A stretch of 52,797 nucleotides of DNA, filler included, from Malassezia furfur (lineage: Eukaryota), in the NCBI GenBank assembly GCA_052055015.1. It is 2 parts of 2 records of this genome, joined end to end, with 100 filler letters (N's around TTAATTAATTAA, not from the genome) between each part and the next. Parts side by side here need not be neighbours in the genome. Positions count along the whole stretch, not along the records: positions 26,486 to 52,797 come from JBQJIT010000127.1; 1 more part is not named here. One strand, 5' to 3'. Numbering within the stretch: the stretch's first letter is position 1; every line of letters starts with the position of its first letter. The notes beneath the pieces were generated by a model. The model saw nothing but the letters and a program-made list of their open reading frames with translations. It did not search any database and was not told where the DNA came from. Below, piece after piece: positions 48,556 through 52,797 of the stretch. Both the position numbers and the translations under genes were made by a program.

Positions 48556-50178
48556 ATGAGTGGACATCTGGAAATGCTCGTGTCCCGGGCCGCGGAGCTG
48601 CCGCTCTGGCAGCAGGTTCTCGGGGGCTTTGTGGTGGTGAACGTGGTGCTGGTGACGCTGAACGTGCTGTGGCAGCTGCTGGTGCCGCGCAACCGTTCGC
48701 TGCCGCCGCTCGTGTTCCATTACTACCCCGTGGTGGGCTCGGCGGTGACCTACGGCATGGACCCCTACAAGTTCTTCTTTGAGTGCCGCAAGAAGTACGG
48801 TGATGTGTTTACGTTCAAGCTGCTGGGACGCAACGTCACCGTCGCGCTCGGCACCAAAGGCTCCAACCTGGTATTCAACGGCCGTCTGAACCAGGTGTCG
48901 GCAGAGGAGGCGTACACCTCGCTGACCACGCCTGTGTTTGGCAAGAAGGTTGTGTACGATGTGCCCAACGCGGTGTTGATGGAGCAGAAGCGCTTCGTCA
49001 AGGCCGGCCTTTCGACCGAGAACTTCCGTGCGTACGTCGACCAGATTGTCGATGAGGTGCGCGACTTTTTCGCGACGGACGCCGCGTTTGCGCCGCTCAA
49101 GTCGGGTGCCAAGTCGGTGGTGGTGGACATTTTCAAGGCGATGAGCGAGATTACCATCCTCACGGCGAGCCGCACGCTGCAAGGCAAGGAGGTGCGCGAG
49201 AACCTGGACAAGAGCTACGCGCAGCTCTACCACGACCTTGATTCGGGCTTCACGCCGATCAACTTTGTGATCCCCAACCTGCCGCTGCCGAACAACTTCC
49301 GCCGTGACCGTGCGCAGCGCCTGATGAGCAAGTTCTACCAGGACATTATCAAGAAGCGCCGCGAGGAGGGCACGGCGGATGCTGGCCACGACATGATCCG
49401 TGCGCTGATGGAGCAAGAGTACAAGAACGGCCGTCCGATTAGCGACGAGGAGATTGCGCACATGATGATTGCGCTGCTGATGGCTGGCCAGCACACGAGC
49501 AGTGCGACGGGCAGCTGGGCGATGCTGCGTCTTGCGAGCCGTCCCAAGTTTATCCAGATGCTGTACGAAGAGCAGGTGCGCGTGTACGGCGAGCCCGACG
49601 GCACTTTCAAGCCGCTCAACTACGACACGCAAAAGTCGTCGGTGCCCGTGCTGGATGCGGTGATCCGCGAGACGCTGCGTCTGCACCCGCCGATCCACAG
49701 CATCATGCGCAAGGTCAAGTCGGACATTCCGGTGCCGCCGACGCTGGCCGTGCCGCGCGGTACGGTGCCGAAGGAGGGCGAGAATGCGCCGTACATTATC
49801 CCCAAGGGCCACTACGTCATGGCCGCGCCCGGTGTGACGCAGGTGGATCCCGCGCTGTGGGACGATGCCAACGAGTTTAACCCTGGCCGCTGGCTGGACA
49901 ACAGCAGCAACCACCTGACGCAGGACACGAGCGAGCAGGTGGACTACGGCTGGGGTATGGTGAGCACGGGCGGTGCGAGCCCCTATTTGCCGTTTGGCGC
50001 GGGCCGCCACCGCTGCATTGGCGAGCAGTTTGCCTACCTGCAGCTCGGCACGATCATTTCGACGTTTGTGCGTGCGTTTGATTGGCGTCTGGACGGTGCG
50101 ATGGCCGAGCCGGACTACACGTCGATGGTGGTGCTGCCCAAGCCCCCGTCGAACATTGTGCTGACGCCGCGTTCGTAG
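48556..50178 (+). CDS. ERG11: Lanosterol 14-alpha-demethylase CYP51
   Basis: PPLVFH, AEEAYTSLTTPVFGKKVVYDVPN, GFTPINF, IALLMAGQHTS, ETLRLHPP, heme motif PFGAGRHRCIGE. Confidence 0.97.
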   Translation: MSGHLEMLVSRAAELPLWQQVLGGFVVVNVVLVTLNVLWQLLVPRNRSLPPLVFHYYPVVGSAVTYGMDPYKFFFECRKKYGDVFTFKLLGRNVTVALGTKGSNLVFNGRLNQVSAEEAYTSLTTPVFGKKVVYDVPNAVLMEQKRFVKAGLSTENFRAYVDQIVDEVRDFFATDAAFAPLKSGAKSVVVDIFKAMSEITILTASRTLQGKEVRENLDKSYAQLYHDLDSGFTPINFVIPNLPLPNNFRRDRAQRLMSKFYQDIIKKRREEGTADAGHDMIRALMEQEYKNGRPISDEEIAHMMIALLMAGQHTSSATGSWAMLRLASRPKFIQMLYEEQVRVYGEPDGTFKPLNYDTQKSSVPVLDAVIRETLRLHPPIHSIMRKVKSDIPVPPTLAVPRGTVPKEGENAPYIIPKGHYVMAAPGVTQVDPALWDDANEFNPGRWLDNSSNHLTQDTSEQVDYGWGMVSTGGASPYLPFGAGRHRCIGEQFAYLQLGTIISTFVRAFDWRLDGAMAEPDYTSMVVLPKPPSNIVLTPRS

Positions 50179-50241
50179 GCCGCGCGATGCGGCGGCGATT
50201 CTTTTCCACCCGTGATGTACGAGAAGCGTATAGTGTTCTGT

Positions 50242-51394
50242 CTACATTCTGCGCTGCGCAATACGCACCAGGTCGCCGACGACGCCCATCGCCGTGACCT
50301 CGGCACCGGCGCCGGCGCCCTGCACGAGCAGCGGCCGCGGGCTGTAGCGCTCGGTCGAGAACGAGATGATGTTGTCGGAGCCGCCGAGCGACGTCGCAAA
50401 CGGATGGTCTGCCGGGTACGCCTCGAGCCCCGCACGGATGATGCGCTTCTCGACGTCGATCACACCCACGTAGCGGAGCACGGAGTTGTTCGCCTGCGCC
50501 TTGGCCCGCAGCTCGTCAAACTCGGCGTCAAACTCGGGCAGGCGACGGACGTAGGTCTCGGCGTCGGTCTCCGAGCGCAGGCCCTCTGGGGTGAGCGACT
50601 GGGTGTCGACCGACGTGTAGCCCTCGGGAAGCACATTTGCCAGCTCCGGGATCAGGCGCGAGAGGATCGTGAGCTTGCGTGCCACGTCTGAGCCGGACAG
50701 ATCGTCGCCAGGGTTCGGCTCCGTGTAGCCACGTTCGCGGGCGACGGTGACAATCTCGGAGAACTTGCGCGTGGAGCCGCCGGGCGGGCTGAACTCGTTA
50801 AAGATGTAGCTCATGGTGCCACTAAACACGCCCTCGATCTTCTTGATCTTGTCGCCGGTCACCACAAGCTCGTCGAGCGTGCTGATGATCGGCAGACCGG
50901 CGCCGACGGTGCTCTCCTGGTACACCAGCGGCCCCTTTTGCGCGACCCCGGGCTGCAGTGCCGAGTGCAGGATGTGCGCATAGAGCTCCAGCGACCCCGA
51001 GAATGCCTTCTTGTTGGGCGTCGCGATGCTGAAGCCGGCCTGGACGAAGCTCGGATAGAAGGATGCAACGCCATCGTCCGACGTGTTGTCGACGATGACC
51101 ATGTGGCGCTGGTTCTGTGCCTGGAGCTCCTGCAGACGCTTGACCAGCTCCGGCAGCGGCAGGGCAGCGTCAGGGCTCGCGTCGAGCGCCGCCTTCCACT
51201 CGCCCTGCGTGCCGAGCATAAGGCGCTTGCCGGGGCTCGCAAAAAGCGTCTTCTTGCTGTTCTGCAGCGCAACGACGTGCAGAGACGAGAGCGACGATGT
51301 GTTCGACAGCTGACGAATCACGGCACTACCGACGAGGCCGACACCTGCGTAAGCGCCCGCACGTACCAATGATCACAAGATCCACACCCGACAT
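50242..51394 (-). CDS. HOM6: Homoserine dehydrogenase
   Basis: Intron 51345-51366 (22 nt) restores Rossmann MSGVDLVIIGVGLVG; VDNTS, TPNKK, ESTVGAGLP, GYTEP.P.DDL.G.DVARK, GAGAGAEVTA.GV. Confidence 0.95.
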
Positions 51395-51498
51395 GGTCCA
51401 CGGAGCGACGCACCGCTGCGGCCGAGTGCGTTCACGTGATCTCCGCTCGGCGGCCGTGCGGGGGCGCGGCGGGGCTCCGTGGCATCTTGGCGGGCGAC

Positions 51499-52470
51499 AT
51501 GGGCGAGTCGTGGTCGCCGTCTACGCGGCGCGATACGTCGCGGCCGGGGTGGGCGCACAACTACAGCCGACCGGATGATGTGCTGCCGTCGTACGCCGAC
51601 TCGGTGCGCTGGTTCTTCTACAACTCGCTGCGCCCGACGTACCTGTTCACGTCGTTCCTGAGCGCCGTCGCCGCGGCGATCCTGTGTGGCATCGAGTGGC
51701 GCTCCATGGCGCGGCGCGACGGCAAGGCCAAAGTGCTGAGCATTGTGTCGGCTGCGCTGTATACGGCATGCGCCGCACTGCAGGCGTATGCGCTGTTCGC
51801 CGGCATTCGCGACCACATCCACCTGCTGCGCTCCGCGGTGCGCCTTGCATGGGCAAGCATGGGCATGGCGCTTGCTGCCGCCGTGATCGCAGTGGCCAAC
51901 GTGTATGCCAACGAATGGAACATCATCTCGGCGTGCATCACCGAGTACGTCAGCACCGACATGGGGCCCATCGAAGAGGACGGCACAGCCGCGAGCGCCG
52001 ACCGGGAGGACGCCAGCGACGTGTGCAAGTACAACTGGAACGAGGACGCTGTGTGGAACATTGCGTGGCTCGTAATCATTGCGCTGTTCAGCGTGCTGTA
52101 CGTGCTCCTCGCGCACCGCTTCCTGGGCAAGGTGGAGAATCCCGGGTTCAGCGAGGCACGCACGCGGCCGTTCACCGCGGACGACAACCACGACTTTGCC
52201 GCGGACATGGACGCGCCGAACGCGTACGCGATGGGCGGGCTCGGCCCGCGCGCGAGCCGCTCGTCGCTGGACGACGAGGCGCTGATCGACGCCAAAATGG
52301 ACCCGATGGCCGACGTGTACGGCGGACGGCGTGATCCGGGCGAGGACGAGAGCGCCGCAGCGGGTGCGGCGGACGCGTATCCTCCGGTGCGGCCGGGCGA
52401 GGCAGATGTGCCGCCGCCGGCGTACGCCGAGCCGACGATCGTGCCGGTGCGTGCGCCGCGGAGGCCGTAG
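51499..52470 (+). CDS. Uncharacterised four-transmembrane protein
   Basis: Four hydrophobic segments, two Cys in the loop between TM3 and TM4, acidic Pro-rich tail with PPAY motif. Confidence 0.65.
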   Translation: MGESWSPSTRRDTSRPGWAHNYSRPDDVLPSYADSVRWFFYNSLRPTYLFTSFLSAVAAAILCGIEWRSMARRDGKAKVLSIVSAALYTACAALQAYALFAGIRDHIHLLRSAVRLAWASMGMALAAAVIAVANVYANEWNIISACITEYVSTDMGPIEEDGTAASADREDASDVCKYNWNEDAVWNIAWLVIIALFSVLYVLLAHRFLGKVENPGFSEARTRPFTADDNHDFAADMDAPNAYAMGGLGPRASRSSLDDEALIDAKMDPMADVYGGRRDPGEDESAAAGAADAYPPVRPGEADVPPPAYAEPTIVPVRAPRRP

Positions 52471-52495
52471 AAAGGGGATGTATAGAGATATGGGA

Positions 52496-52797
52496 CTATG
52501 ACGCGGGGGCCTGCGACGAAAGGCCCGCGGTGCGCACATTGTAGCCGTAGCCGCCCTGCGGGGCGCTTGCGGGGGTGTTGGGCACGCCATCGTAGTGCAC
52601 TGGGTGAGTCGATGCCACGTACAATCCATCACGTCGTAGTTCGCGATAAACTTCCAGCCTTCGCGGTCCATGTGGAAGAGGTTGATGGTCTGCGTAAGTG
52701 TCGCGGCGACGTACGTTGCCCGAGTATGCGTCGCGGTGCGTCGCGGCGTAGATGCTGCGGCGCGCCAAGTCGAGCGCCTCGTCGTACTCGAGGTCCC
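52496..52797 (-). CDS. PRE2: 20S proteasome beta5 subunit, 3' part
   Basis: DEALDLARRSIYAATHRDAYSGN|TINLFHMDREGWKFIANYDV; introns 52690-52714 (25) and 52600-52622 (23); TAG 52498-52496. Confidence 0.9.
   Translation of the reverse strand, partial: DLEYDEALDLARRSIYAATHRDAYSGNVRRRDTYADHQPLPHGPRRLEVYRELRRDGLYVASTHPVHYDGVPNTPASAPQGGYGYNVRTAGLSSQAPAS

Overview
Gene-dense, GC-rich fungal DNA that looks like a Malassezia-type basidiomycete yeast (Ustilaginomycotina; inferred from gene content, compaction and intron style). It holds about 35 protein-coding genes: GIS2, KRE6, a mitochondrial-type DEAD-box helicase, YAH1, two MFS transporters, CDC20, PHO85, UTP5, an Rsc58/BRD7-like protein, STS1/Cut8, UPS2, RNA14, ZNF830, STI1, RPC31, COA8, a Zn2Cys6 factor, PPX1, DBP9, FHIP, a DHHC palmitoyltransferase, three ferric reductases, a PPR-like protein, an ING/PHD protein, an FAD oxidoreductase, NUP, YSA1, ERG11, HOM6, a 4-TM protein and PRE2. 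An artificial 100-bp contig linker sits at 26386-26485. Hand reconstruction gave 36 GT-AG introns of 21-41 nt (median 25), several of them in-frame and stop-free and so hidden inside long ORFs. The main anomalies are: (i) a smooth low-GC trough at about 32-39 kb holding a tandem array of three ferric reductases, the middle copy broken by a single TAA at a Tyr position; (ii) a transcription factor with two Zn2Cys6 clusters, the second inserted into the middle homology region; (iii) 21-23 nt introns, with different length distributions on the two sides of the gap; (iv) same-strand genes only 15-30 bp apart. No tRNA, rRNA, transposon or CRISPR was recognised. All family calls come from motif recognition, not database searches.
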